Assembly (NCBI GenBank): GCA_002483135.1
Contig: DLHI01000018.1
Coordinates: forward strand, 11,189 to 75,188
Length of the DNA stretch: 64,000 nt
Direction: 5' to 3'
Source: Hyphomonadaceae bacterium UBA7672
GTDB taxonomy: Bacteria; Pseudomonadota; Alphaproteobacteria; Caulobacterales; Hyphomonadaceae
Within the stretch, counting starts at the first letter, position 1, and each line of letters opens with the position of its first letter. A model generated the notes under the pieces. It was not told the origin of the DNA, made no database searches, and saw only the letters and a list, made by a program, of their open reading frames with translations. The translations under genes and the position numbers were made by a program. Below, piece by piece: positions 37,097 through 45,440 of the stretch.

Positions 37097-37891
37097 GTGG
37101 CAGACAGCTTCATCACCACCACGGTCGAGAACCGCATCGCCGTCGTCCGTTTCGATCGCGGCAACAAGGCCAATGCGCTGTCGGTGGAGGCGATGCGCCA
37201 GTTGACCGACGCGGCGCGCCAGTTCCACGCCCGTCCCGATGTGTCCGCCGTCATCCTGACCGGACGCGCCGACAACTTCACGCTTGGCGCAGATCTGAAG
37301 GATCCGGCTCGCGCCAGCCAAAAGGACGAGGGCCTCGCCCAGCGCCGCATCTCGCTGCGCGCGGGCCCCGAAATGTGTGAAGCGTGGGAGAAGGTGGACG
37401 CCATCACCATCATGGCGATCGAGGGATGGTGTGTCGGCGGCGGCGCGGCCCTTGCTGTGTCGTGCGATCTGCGCGTGATGGCGACGTCGGCGCGGCTCTA
37501 TGTGCCCGAGGTGGCGCGCGGCATGAATATGAGCTGGGGCTCGATCCCGCGCATGACGGCGCTTGTCGGACCGGCGCGGGCCAAGCGCCTCGCCGCGTTG
37601 TGCGAAAAGGTCGACGCCGAGACTGCTCATGCCTGGGGCCTTGCAGACGCCATGTCCGAAGATGGCGGCGCCGTCGCGCGCGCCATGGAGTTCGCGCAGA
37701 CCGCAGCCGCGTTGCCGCCCACCGCGCTGAAAATGGTAAAGCACGACGTGAACGTGGCCGCACTTGCGTTGTCGCAGGCAACGGCACATCGCGATCTTGA
37801 AGCCTTTGCCCTGATGCAGCAGAGCGAGGATTACGGGGAAGGCATCGCTTCCTTCCTTGAAGGTCGCGACCCGGATTTCACCGGGAACTAG
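37097..37891 (+). CDS. Enoyl-CoA hydratase/isomerase (crotonase) family protein
   Basis: GTG start. It has IAVVRFDRGNKANAL, FTLGADL and IEGWCVGGGAALAVSCDLRV. Confidence 0.85.
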   Translation: MADSFITTTVENRIAVVRFDRGNKANALSVEAMRQLTDAARQFHARPDVSAVILTGRADNFTLGADLKDPARASQKDEGLAQRRISLRAGPEMCEAWEKVDAITIMAIEGWCVGGGAALAVSCDLRVMATSARLYVPEVARGMNMSWGSIPRMTALVGPARAKRLAALCEKVDAETAHAWGLADAMSEDGGAVARAMEFAQTAAALPPTALKMVKHDVNVAALALSQATAHRDLEAFALMQQSEDYGEGIASFLEGRDPDFTGN

Positions 37892-38041
37892 CGCGCGGCA
37901 GGCAAGCGAAACTGTGTCGTTTGAGTCACGCTCGCCAGACCGAGCGTCGCCAACGCTTGGTTCATCGCGAGTTCATACCACATCAGCGGAAGTGTCACAT
38001 TACAGGCTGGCGACAGACCGGCCGCTCCCAGAACGCCTCCC

Positions 38042-38771
38042 ATGCGCCAGCCGACGCAGCAGCGAAACCGCGTCTCCGATCTGCTTGTTATCTGGGCCGC
38101 GCCTCTTCTCGCGCCGGGACTGATCCTGCTCGCGTGGAGCGCCGGCCCCGAGGCCTTCAGCATCTGGGTTTCATCCGACACCAGCGTCTATGAACATGCC
38201 GTCGCCTTCGTGCTGTTGCTGTCGCTGCTGATGGGCATCTACATCCTGCTGACGCGCGACCTGAAGCCATACCCTGGTCTTCGTCCGTGGCTGATCGCGT
38301 GGTGTCTTGGCGTCGGATATTTCCTCGGCGAAGACATGAACTGGGGCCAGCACCTTTTCGGGTGGCAGGCCGAGGGCTTCTTCGCAAGCAACAAGGAAGC
38401 CGAGACCAACCTCCACAACATGAACCCCTGGTTCAATCAGAAGCCGCGAATGCTGGTTCAGGCATGGGTGCTCGTGGTCGGCTTCCTTGTGGCGCTGGCC
38501 ACAACGCGCCACCGCGAAGTTTGTGCCCGCGCAGCTCTGGCCCGGTCGTCGCACGATGTGGCTGGCGCTGGCCGCGTCGATCATCCCGCTAGTCGAGTGG
38601 GTCGTCCGCGCCGTGGCGGGCCCAGACCAGGGCGGCATCCCGATCCGCTTCAGCGAAGTGCAGGAGTTCTTCTTCGCGTGGTTCTTCCTGCTCTACGCCA
38701 TCGACCTGTCCGGCCGACTTCTGCCGGCCAAACGCGAGCCTGCAACAGCTGTCCCCACGCACGCCGAGTAA
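38042..38771 (+). pseudogene. Polytopic membrane protein gene interrupted by a +1 frameshift near 38490-38520
   Basis: Frame 2 (38042...) gives a credible TM protein up to ...VLVVGFLVALATTRHRE, then turns Arg/Pro-rich. The frame of ORF 38487-38771 continues credibly (KFVPAQLWPGRRTMWLALAASIIPLVEWVV...FFFAWFFLLYAIDLSGRLL). Confidence 0.6.
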
Positions 38772-38774
38772 CAG

Positions 38775-39200
38775 CTAGTCGTGGCTGCCCAGCCCGGCGC
38801 TGATACGGAACATGTGTCCGTCCGGATGGCGCAGGTGAAACTCGCGCACGCCCCACGGCTCGTCCGTCGGCGGATAGGTGACCGTCATGCCAAGCGCCAT
38901 CGCGGTCGCATGCAGCGCATCCACCTCCGCCGGATTATCCAGCCACCAACTCATCCAGACGCCGTCGGTCTGATCATCGCCAGGAAATTTCGGCATCACG
39001 GTTCCACGCGCCCCCTGCGCGCCGACGCAGAGAAATATCTCCGCCTTGTCGCTGCAGACGCTGCCGAAACCTACGCCGTCGCCATTGTCCCACTGGAAGC
39101 CCGCACGCCAGCCCAGCTTCTCGAACCACGTCTGGCTCTCGATGACGCTGGAGACGTTGAGGATGGGCGTGACGTTCTGGATGGGCACCGGGCGGCACAC
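38775..39200 (-). CDS. VOC (glyoxalase/bleomycin-resistance/dioxygenase) family protein
   Basis: It has TPILNVSSVIESQTWFEKLGW and REFHLRHPDGHMFRI. The GTG start abuts the upstream stop. Confidence 0.75.
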   Translation of the reverse strand: MCRPVPIQNVTPILNVSSVIESQTWFEKLGWRAGFQWDNGDGVGFGSVCSDKAEIFLCVGAQGARGTVMPKFPGDDQTDGVWMSWWLDNPAEVDALHATAMALGMTVTYPPTDEPWGVREFHLRHPDGHMFRISAGLGSHD

Positions 39201-39623
39201 CTACCAGACGCGCCAGAGCGCTGCATCACGCATCGGAGTCGCGCGCGCATCATCGATCTGTGCGATCTGGCCGACCTCGCACGGTCGCCCCGCATCTGGT
39301 CGAACTTCGTAGCCGCTGGTGGACTTCAGCCGCCACGACCAGCCGGGATGGAATTCGAATTGCCGGTTGCGCACTTCCAGCGGTTCACATTCCGCCTTCA
39401 GCGTGACGAGAAAGTAGTCGCGTCTGTCATCGCGAAACAGGATGTTCCTGTTGTCGACCACCCAGGCGGAATTGAAGTCGTGCCGCAGCTGCAGCGTCTC
39501 GACCCTCTTTCCATCGAGCGAAACAAGCTGCGTCTTGGTTTCCGGCTCCGCCAGCGACGGCGCGGCGAGGAAGGCCGCAGAGGCTGTAAGCGTTACGAGC
39601 AGTGAGGCAATGCGCATCGTCAT
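39201..39623 (-). CDS. Secreted hypothetical protein
   Basis: Signal peptide MTMRIASLLVTLTASAAFLAAPSLAEP. 140 aa. No family was recognised with confidence. Confidence 0.55.
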   Translation of the reverse strand: MTMRIASLLVTLTASAAFLAAPSLAEPETKTQLVSLDGKRVETLQLRHDFNSAWVVDNRNILFRDDRRDYFLVTLKAECEPLEVRNRQFEFHPGWSWRLKSTSGYEVRPDAGRPCEVGQIAQIDDARATPMRDAALWRVW

Positions 39624-39700
39624 GATCGCTCCTCCATCGCGGGCGGAGGCCCGCCTGAAGCGCGGAAGCTAGCACGAAAGCCGAAGTGCATCCATGCCGT

Positions 39701-40165
39701 CTATTTCAGCTTAGTTCGGAGTTCTTCGCAGTACGCATTCGAAATCTGTATGTCCCGATCCGTCGCCCATTCCGGCGCGGGCAGATCGCAGTTGGCGAGC
39801 TGAAATTCGTCCAGGGTTGCGGGCTTGCTTTCAAGAACGCGCGCGACGCTCAATTCGCGCTCGCCACTGCCCAGGTGACCGTGACCCCATGGACCCTTTT
39901 CGGTCACTGTTCCCTCAACAGAAATCCACATGACCTGCGCGTTGCCCAGGCCGGGTACGTCCTGCAGGTCGGTTCCTGACACACGTCGCATATCGCCGGA
40001 AAGCCACCACTGCTCCGCCACCCCTGCGGGAAGGAAGGAACTCACTTCGAACCCAGAGAGATACAAACCCTGGTAGGTCTTCTGGACACCGGGCTCAGGT
40101 CGGTTGTCGCGCGCCGCGCAGGCAGCAGCCACGCACAACACCATGAGACCCGCCGCCAGCCGCAT
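39701..40165 (-). CDS. Lipoprotein, unknown function
   Basis: [20 protein letters not shown] has a lipobox. The ATG overlaps the mnmA stop (ATGA). It is lower in GC than its neighbours. Confidence 0.55.
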   Translation of the reverse strand: MRLAAGLMVLCVAAACAARDNRPEPGVQKTYQGLYLSGFEVSSFLPAGVAEQWWLSGDMRRVSGTDLQDVPGLGNAQVMWISVEGTVTEKGPWGHGHLGSGERELSVARVLESKPATLDEFQLANCDLPAPEWATDRDIQISNAYCEELRTKLK

Positions 40166-41424
40166 CACGCCGCGCTGACTGTTGCGGAAATGAACCCGCC
40201 GCCCAACACGGTTGCGCCGTCGGGCGCTGCGTAGATCACGCAGGCTTGCCCCGGCGCGACGCCTTCTTCGGGCGTGTCGAACGCAAAGCCCGGCGCGCCG
40301 TCGACCAGCGTCATCCGACCTGGCACAGGCGCGCGCGTCGATCGCACGCGCGCAAGCGCGGGAACGCCTGCCGCGCACGCATCCGCGAGCGAGCCTTCGC
40401 CGAGCCAGTTGCTTTCGCCGATCGCCAGCGACGCCGTGAGCAGCGCTTCACGCGGCCCCACGATCACGCGGTTTGCAGCGGCGTCGATCTTCACGACGAA
40501 CAGCGGCTCGCCCGTCGCGACGCCAAGGCCACGGCGTTGGCCGATGGTGTATCGGATAATCCCTTCGTGCTGGCCCATCACGCGGCCATCCATGTGCACG
40601 ATATCGCCCTGCGCAGTCGCGCCGGGGCGCAGCTTCTGCACGATGTCGGAATACTTTCCTGCCGGCACGAAGCAGATGTCCTGGCTGTCGGGCTTGGCCG
40701 CGACCTGCAGGCCAAGCGCGGCCGCCGCGCGACGCACATCCGGCTTCTTCATGCCGCCCAGCGGGAAGCGCAGGAAGTCGAGCTGTGCGCGCGTGGTGGC
40801 GAACAGGAAGTAGGATTGATCGCGATCGGGATCGGCGGCGCGTGAAAGCTCCGCACGTCCGCCCGCATCAAGCGTGCGGCGGATATAGTGGCCAGTCGCC
40901 ATTGCATCAGCGCCAAGATCCTGTGCGGTCGTCAGCAGGTCCGAGAACTTCACGGTCTGGTTGCAGCGCACGCACGGGATCGGCGTCGAGCCTTTCAGGT
41001 ACGTGTCCGCGAAGTCTTCCATCACCTGCTGACGAAAGCGGCTTTCATAGTCGAGCACATAGTGCGGAATGCTCAGCGCCTCGGCCACGCGGCGTGCATC
41101 GTGAATGTCCTGCCCCGCGCAGCACGCGCCCTGCTTCTTCAGCGCGGCGCCGTGATCGTAGAGCTGCAGCGTCACGCCAATCACATCGTAACCGGCATAC
41201 TTCAGCAGCGCCGCAACGACGGACGAATCCACCCCGCCCGACATGGCGGCCACCACGCGGATTTCCGAACGCGGGCGCGGGTCGCCCGGGAACAGGTCAA
41301 GGTCGGCGCCCGACAGGTCCACATTCTTGAGCTTAGAGAAATCGCAAAGGCCGTCGGCGACCGGAAAATCCGCTTCGACAGTAACGGCAGGCGAGCCGCC
41401 ACGCGGCCCGATCAGGGTAGTCAT
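40165..41424 (-). CDS. mnmA: tRNA 2-thiouridine(34) synthase
   Basis: PP-loop [17 protein letters not shown], plus [15 protein letters not shown] and DQSYFLF. Confidence 0.93.
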   Translation of the reverse strand: MTTLIGPRGGSPAVTVEADFPVADGLCDFSKLKNVDLSGADLDLFPGDPRPRSEIRVVAAMSGGVDSSVVAALLKYAGYDVIGVTLQLYDHGAALKKQGACCAGQDIHDARRVAEALSIPHYVLDYESRFRQQVMEDFADTYLKGSTPIPCVRCNQTVKFSDLLTTAQDLGADAMATGHYIRRTLDAGGRAELSRAADPDRDQSYFLFATTRAQLDFLRFPLGGMKKPDVRRAAAALGLQVAAKPDSQDICFVPAGKYSDIVQKLRPGATAQGDIVHMDGRVMGQHEGIIRYTIGQRRGLGVATGEPLFVVKIDAAANRVIVGPREALLTASLAIGESNWLGEGSLADACAAGVPALARVRSTRAPVPGRMTLVDGAPGFAFDTPEEGVAPGQACVIYAAPDGATVLGGGFISATVSAA

Positions 41425-41544
41425 CTTGTCCTCTCCCACGGGTTCAAGGCCCGAAGCAGCAATTGAGAGCCGCATATAGTGTAAAAGCGGCAGAATGTGG
41501 AGCCCGCCGCTGGTTCGATAGAAATCGCCCGCTATCATGGGGAA

Positions 41545-42018
41545 ATGGATGTGAATCAGGCCCGCCCGGAAATCATCGCCCTAGCGACCCGGCTTCATGC
41601 CGGTCAGACGGACAAGGCGGGCCATCCCTACATTGGCCACCTCGCGCGGGTCGCCGCCCGGCTGGCTGAGCGTTGGCCGGACGCCAGCCGCGACGAGCGC
41701 GAGGCGGCCTGGTTGCACGACAGTCTTGAAGACACCGAGGCGACGGAAGCATCCCTCCTCGCTGCCGGGGCGAGCCCCGAGACCGTCCGCATCGTCCGGG
41801 CAGTCACGCGCCCGCACGGTTCGGACTATCTGGCCTGGATCGCCGAGCTTGCTGCTGCAGGCGATGTGTCGATCCTTCGCGTCAAGCTCTCCGACAATGC
41901 CGACAACATCGATCCGGCGCGCGTTGCGCAGCTACCGGACGGCGCGGCGCGTGTCGCCAGCCGCTACGAGCCAGCCCGGCGGTTGCTCGAAGATGGCCTC
42001 GCTAAGGCTGGCGGCTGA
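41545..42018 (+). CDS. Stand-alone SpoT/Mesh1-type HD hydrolase (small alarmone hydrolase-like)
   Basis: It has [32 protein letters not shown] and VKLSDNADN. There are no synthetase, TGS or ACT regions (157 aa). Confidence 0.75.
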   Translation: MDVNQARPEIIALATRLHAGQTDKAGHPYIGHLARVAARLAERWPDASRDEREAAWLHDSLEDTEATEASLLAAGASPETVRIVRAVTRPHGSDYLAWIAELAAAGDVSILRVKLSDNADNIDPARVAQLPDGAARVASRYEPARRLLEDGLAKAGG

Positions 42019-42653
42019 TGGCGATGACGGCTGACCCGCCCACCCCGCATCATTTCCAGACCAACCAGCCGCGCGAGTTGCTGGCGTGTGTCGAGCATGC
42101 GGCGGAGCTGGCCGACAAGGCGGCCGAGGATCATGGCGCATGGCGCTGGCTGATCATCGCGATGACGCTGGGGGTCCAGAACGCCTGCCTCTGCGCGCTC
42201 GACCATGGCGACGAGTTCGGCACCAAGGGCATGACGCGCGCCGACGCCCGCATCGTCACGCGCTGGACCAAGAGCGGCCGCCACGGGCCCGAGCCGCTGG
42301 CCGTGCGCGAGCCGCGCATCGTCTCGCCGCTCGAGCTGCTGCGGCGCGTAGGCGATCCCCACTTCCTGCGCCCGCCCTTCCAGCTGCCGCTCAATCACAT
42401 CATGACCGAGGCGTTCGATGATCTCGTCGACCTGCGCAACACCTTCCTGCATTTCAGCGAGGATGGCTGGACTGTGGACCTGCGCGAAGTCCCGCCGCTG
42501 ATCCTCAACGCCTGTACAGTGATCCGCCATCTCAGCGTGACGCAGCCGATCTACCTCCGCCACGCAGGCCCGCGCCACCGCGAACGCGTGGCGGCTGCGC
42601 TCGATACGATCGAAGCGGCGATGGAGCATTATCCCGAAGAAGACGCGGCCTAG
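42018..42653 (+). CDS. Hypothetical helical protein with RNxxxH (HEPN-like) motif, coupled to the HD hydrolase gene
   Basis: The start overlaps the upstream stop (TGATG). 211 aa. The LVDLRNTFLHF motif is at residues 136-146. No family was recognised. Confidence 0.6.
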   Translation: MAMTADPPTPHHFQTNQPRELLACVEHAAELADKAAEDHGAWRWLIIAMTLGVQNACLCALDHGDEFGTKGMTRADARIVTRWTKSGRHGPEPLAVREPRIVSPLELLRRVGDPHFLRPPFQLPLNHIMTEAFDDLVDLRNTFLHFSEDGWTVDLREVPPLILNACTVIRHLSVTQPIYLRHAGPRHRERVAAALDTIEAAMEHYPEEDAA

Positions 42654-42838
42654 CCCGCCCGCCCCAGCGCCTTCAGCATCGCGTCGGGATCTCCGCCCTG
42701 TTCGCTGACGGCGAGTTTCCAGCGCGCCAGCGCCTCGCGGTAATAGTCCTTGATGCACGGGCTGCAGTGCCGGTGGCAGCAGAGGTATTCCTCTGGCTCG
42801 TTCGGCGGCGCCGGAAATGAATCGGAGGGCGAAGTCAT
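42650..42838 (-). CDS. Small Oxidored-like (PF09791-like) Cys-motif protein
   Basis: PPNEPEEYLCCHRHCSPCIKDYYREALARW resembles the P-x-P-x-x-CC-x-x-C-x-x-C-x-x-x-Y pattern of the oxidoreductase-like N-terminal domain. Confidence 0.5.
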   Translation of the reverse strand: MTSPSDSFPAPPNEPEEYLCCHRHCSPCIKDYYREALARWKLAVSEQGGDPDAMLKALGRAG

Positions 42839-42880
42839 CGCCCTCCGTTACATCAACTCATCCGACAGGTGTAGGGCGCC

Positions 42881-44380
42881 TCACGGCGCCTTGCAGGTGA
42901 AATGCTCGGGGCTCTTGCCATCGCCCGTGCCTGTGTAGGTCTGCTGCTGCGGATAGGCGCACAGCTTGCGCGCGCCGCCCGACGCGAAGCTGGCCGTCAG
43001 TTCGTCCGGCGCGGCTTTCGTGCTGACCCAGCTGTCGAGAGCATCGAGATAGTCCACCCGATCCGGCCCCGGGCCACCGGCGCAGTGCCCGACGGCAGGC
43101 AGCATGAACATGCGCACATCATTGCGCGCGGTCGCGTCGTTGGCGTAGACCGCATCGACATAACGCGTGCTCATGAAGGGTGAGAGCGCCGAGTCCGACC
43201 AGCCGTGATACATCAGCAGCTTGCCGCCGCTGCCCCGGAAAGCCGACAGGTCAGGGTTGGTGGGCGACAGGGTCATCTGCACCGCCTTCATCTCGGCCGG
43301 AAGGGTCGCGAGGTTGGTGCGCGAATGATCCCAGGTCGGATCGAGCTTCACGAAATAGCGCATGAACTCGATGGAGAAACCGTAGGCAAGGCTAGGCTGG
43401 CCTTCACCGATGCGGTTCTTGCTGCCGGCGAGCCACGTGCCCCAGTCCATCTCGGTCTGTTCGCCGCCATAGGGGAAGGCGACATGGAACGGCTTGCCGC
43501 TCACCATCGGCCCGCGCACGATGGCGTCCACAGCGGCGACCTGCGCCGGCGTGAGACAGTCAGCCTTGCCGCCGCTCTTGCACTGAATTGTTTTCACATC
43601 GAACGTGCAGACGCGCGGATCATTCATGATCCCGTCTTTCAGGCCATCAAGCGCATCGCATTTTTCCATCACCGCCTTGGCGAGGATGTTGCGCGCAGGC
43701 GTATCCAGCACCGGCGTCTCGACCTTCTTCGGATCGGGATACATCTTCTGCGTGATGGTGGAGAATGCTGCCGTGATGCCCATAAAGTCGATGGCCGGGG
43801 CGCCTGCGATGATCCCGTCGAAATCGTCGGGATAGCGTTGGGCCATCATCAGCGCCTGCCGCCCGCCATTGGAACAACCCGCGAAGTATGCACGGTCGCT
43901 CTGCCGCCCATAGCGCGCATTCACCAGCGCCTTGGCCGCCTCGCTCGTACGGTGGATCGCAGCGTGAGCGTAGTTGGCGATGCGCTCATAGTCACCGGCG
44001 GCCCAGGCGCCGTCGATGCCCCGCGCCGGCGAGGAATGCCCCGTATCCGTGCCGGCGACGGCATAGCCTTTCTGCAGCGCCTGCAGGCCGAGCGCCTGGC
44101 TCTCCACGCGACCGGCGAAGCCGCCCTGCCCGCCCATCACGAACTTCCCGTTCCACGCCTCAGGCAACCAGACCGAGAAGTTGATCTCCTTGCCGATAAC
44201 GCCGTCGACCTTGCAGTGCGGAGCGGGCGAGGCGCCGGGCGCGGCCTTGGTAATTTTCACGTCCGGCGCACGAAACCCGGCGAGCGACTCGCAGGCAATC
44301 TGCGCCTGGGCCGTGCCTGCAATCGCTGCAGCGAAAGCCGCAGCCGCCATCGTTCCAATCAGTCTGCCGCGCAGGGCCAT
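42881..44380 (-). CDS. Tannase/feruloyl esterase family alpha/beta hydrolase, secreted
   Basis: It has a signal peptide, FSVWLPEAWNGKFVMGGQGGFAG and YFAGCSNGGRQALMMAQRYPDDFDGIIAGAPA (GxSxG-type CS-D-HC motif region). Confidence 0.85.
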   Translation of the reverse strand: MALRGRLIGTMAAAAFAAAIAGTAQAQIACESLAGFRAPDVKITKAAPGASPAPHCKVDGVIGKEINFSVWLPEAWNGKFVMGGQGGFAGRVESQALGLQALQKGYAVAGTDTGHSSPARGIDGAWAAGDYERIANYAHAAIHRTSEAAKALVNARYGRQSDRAYFAGCSNGGRQALMMAQRYPDDFDGIIAGAPAIDFMGITAAFSTITQKMYPDPKKVETPVLDTPARNILAKAVMEKCDALDGLKDGIMNDPRVCTFDVKTIQCKSGGKADCLTPAQVAAVDAIVRGPMVSGKPFHVAFPYGGEQTEMDWGTWLAGSKNRIGEGQPSLAYGFSIEFMRYFVKLDPTWDHSRTNLATLPAEMKAVQMTLSPTNPDLSAFRGSGGKLLMYHGWSDSALSPFMSTRYVDAVYANDATARNDVRMFMLPAVGHCAGGPGPDRVDYLDALDSWVSTKAAPDELTASFASGGARKLCAYPQQQTYTGTGDGKSPEHFTCKAP

Positions 44381-44503
44381 GGACGTCTCCCAAACAGTTT
44401 CTGTTTTCCGCAAAGTGCCACGGGCGCGCCGTCGTGCAAGGCCCATGAGGGTTGACGTCACGTCCTGAATAATTTCCGATGCGCAGCGCCAGGCCAGCGC
44501 ACG

Positions 44504-45427
44504 CTATTCCAGCATGTTGAGCAGCGACATGTTGCGCAGCACGTTGAATACGCTGGCAGACGACTCATAGGCGAACTGCGCCTGGTTCAACCGCACCGCG
44601 ACCTCTGCGAGGTCCACATTCACGATGCCGCCGATAGCTTCGTCCAGCGCGTCCAGGCGTGATGTCAACCGCGTACTGGCGGATGCGACTTCCTTCGTCA
44701 GGCGCCCGTTCTCGGACTGGCGGCTGAGGATGGTGTCGAAAGCCGAATTGAGGGCGGCCAACTCGCTCTCGACAGCTGCGCGCTGCGTCGCCGTGAGGTC
44801 GCCATCGAATGGACCATCCACGCCCTCATCCATTTCGGCCAGACGCTTGAGTGCTGCGAACGCGTTTGTCGCCACATCATCGGCGACGAGGCCGGCAGAC
44901 ACGACCCGGCTTTCCTCTACCCGCATCATCTGCGAGGCGGCGCCCTGCTCGATGGAGTCGGTCAGAGGATTGGCTGCGAGGTCGCTGAGTGAATCGGCGG
45001 TGATCGGCGGGCGATCGTTCATCACACCACCGAACAGGTAGCGGCCACCTAGATTGGTGTTCATCGCGTCCTTCAGGACGGCGAAGGCCTCCTCGAGCTG
45101 AGCCCGAATGCCCTCGCCGCTATCGAGACTGAGGTTCTGGAACAGTTCGTCCTTCAGCTTGGTGACGGACTCGGCAGCGCGGCCCAGGGCCACGTCCTGG
45201 ATCTGCAGACGTGTGGTCAGTTCATTGGCCGTGGCCTTGAAGCCTTTCAGGCGCCCCGTCAGGCGTTCGGCCGAAACCAGCGTCTGCGCCTCCCGGCCAT
45301 AGCCCTTGAGATCGCTGGCCTTGGTCTGGGCTGAACTCTGGCGCGCGGCCTCGACAAGTTCTCGCTGCGCCCTCTGCAGGTCAGCCATCGAGCCGGCGGG
45401 GATCATCGCTGATGAAATTCGTGACAT
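44504..45427 (-). CDS. flgL: Flagellar hook-associated protein 3 (hook-filament junction)
   Basis: It has flagellin-like N- and C-terminal helices (...SVFNVLRNMSLLNMLE) and lies directly after flgK. Confidence 0.85.
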   Translation of the reverse strand: MSRISSAMIPAGSMADLQRAQRELVEAARQSSAQTKASDLKGYGREAQTLVSAERLTGRLKGFKATANELTTRLQIQDVALGRAAESVTKLKDELFQNLSLDSGEGIRAQLEEAFAVLKDAMNTNLGGRYLFGGVMNDRPPITADSLSDLAANPLTDSIEQGAASQMMRVEESRVVSAGLVADDVATNAFAALKRLAEMDEGVDGPFDGDLTATQRAAVESELAALNSAFDTILSRQSENGRLTKEVASASTRLTSRLDALDEAIGGIVNVDLAEVAVRLNQAQFAYESSASVFNVLRNMSLLNMLE

Positions 45428-45440
45428 GGCGACAACTCTC

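Noticed and set aside
36818-37789. 323-aa minus-strand ORF, and the small hydrophobic peptide MVMRAWVAAGLAAWLMLRAL at its C-terminal end.
   Set aside because: It is antisense to the crotonase-family gene. The terminal peptide overlaps the dodecin start and has no Shine-Dalgarno sequence or homology support.
37888-38181. 97-aa minus-strand ORF in and around the 150-nt gap before the frameshifted membrane gene. I also checked this gap for a tRNA.
   Set aside because: No cloverleaf-compatible arms were seen. The ORF overlaps the membrane-protein gene start and has poor coding character.
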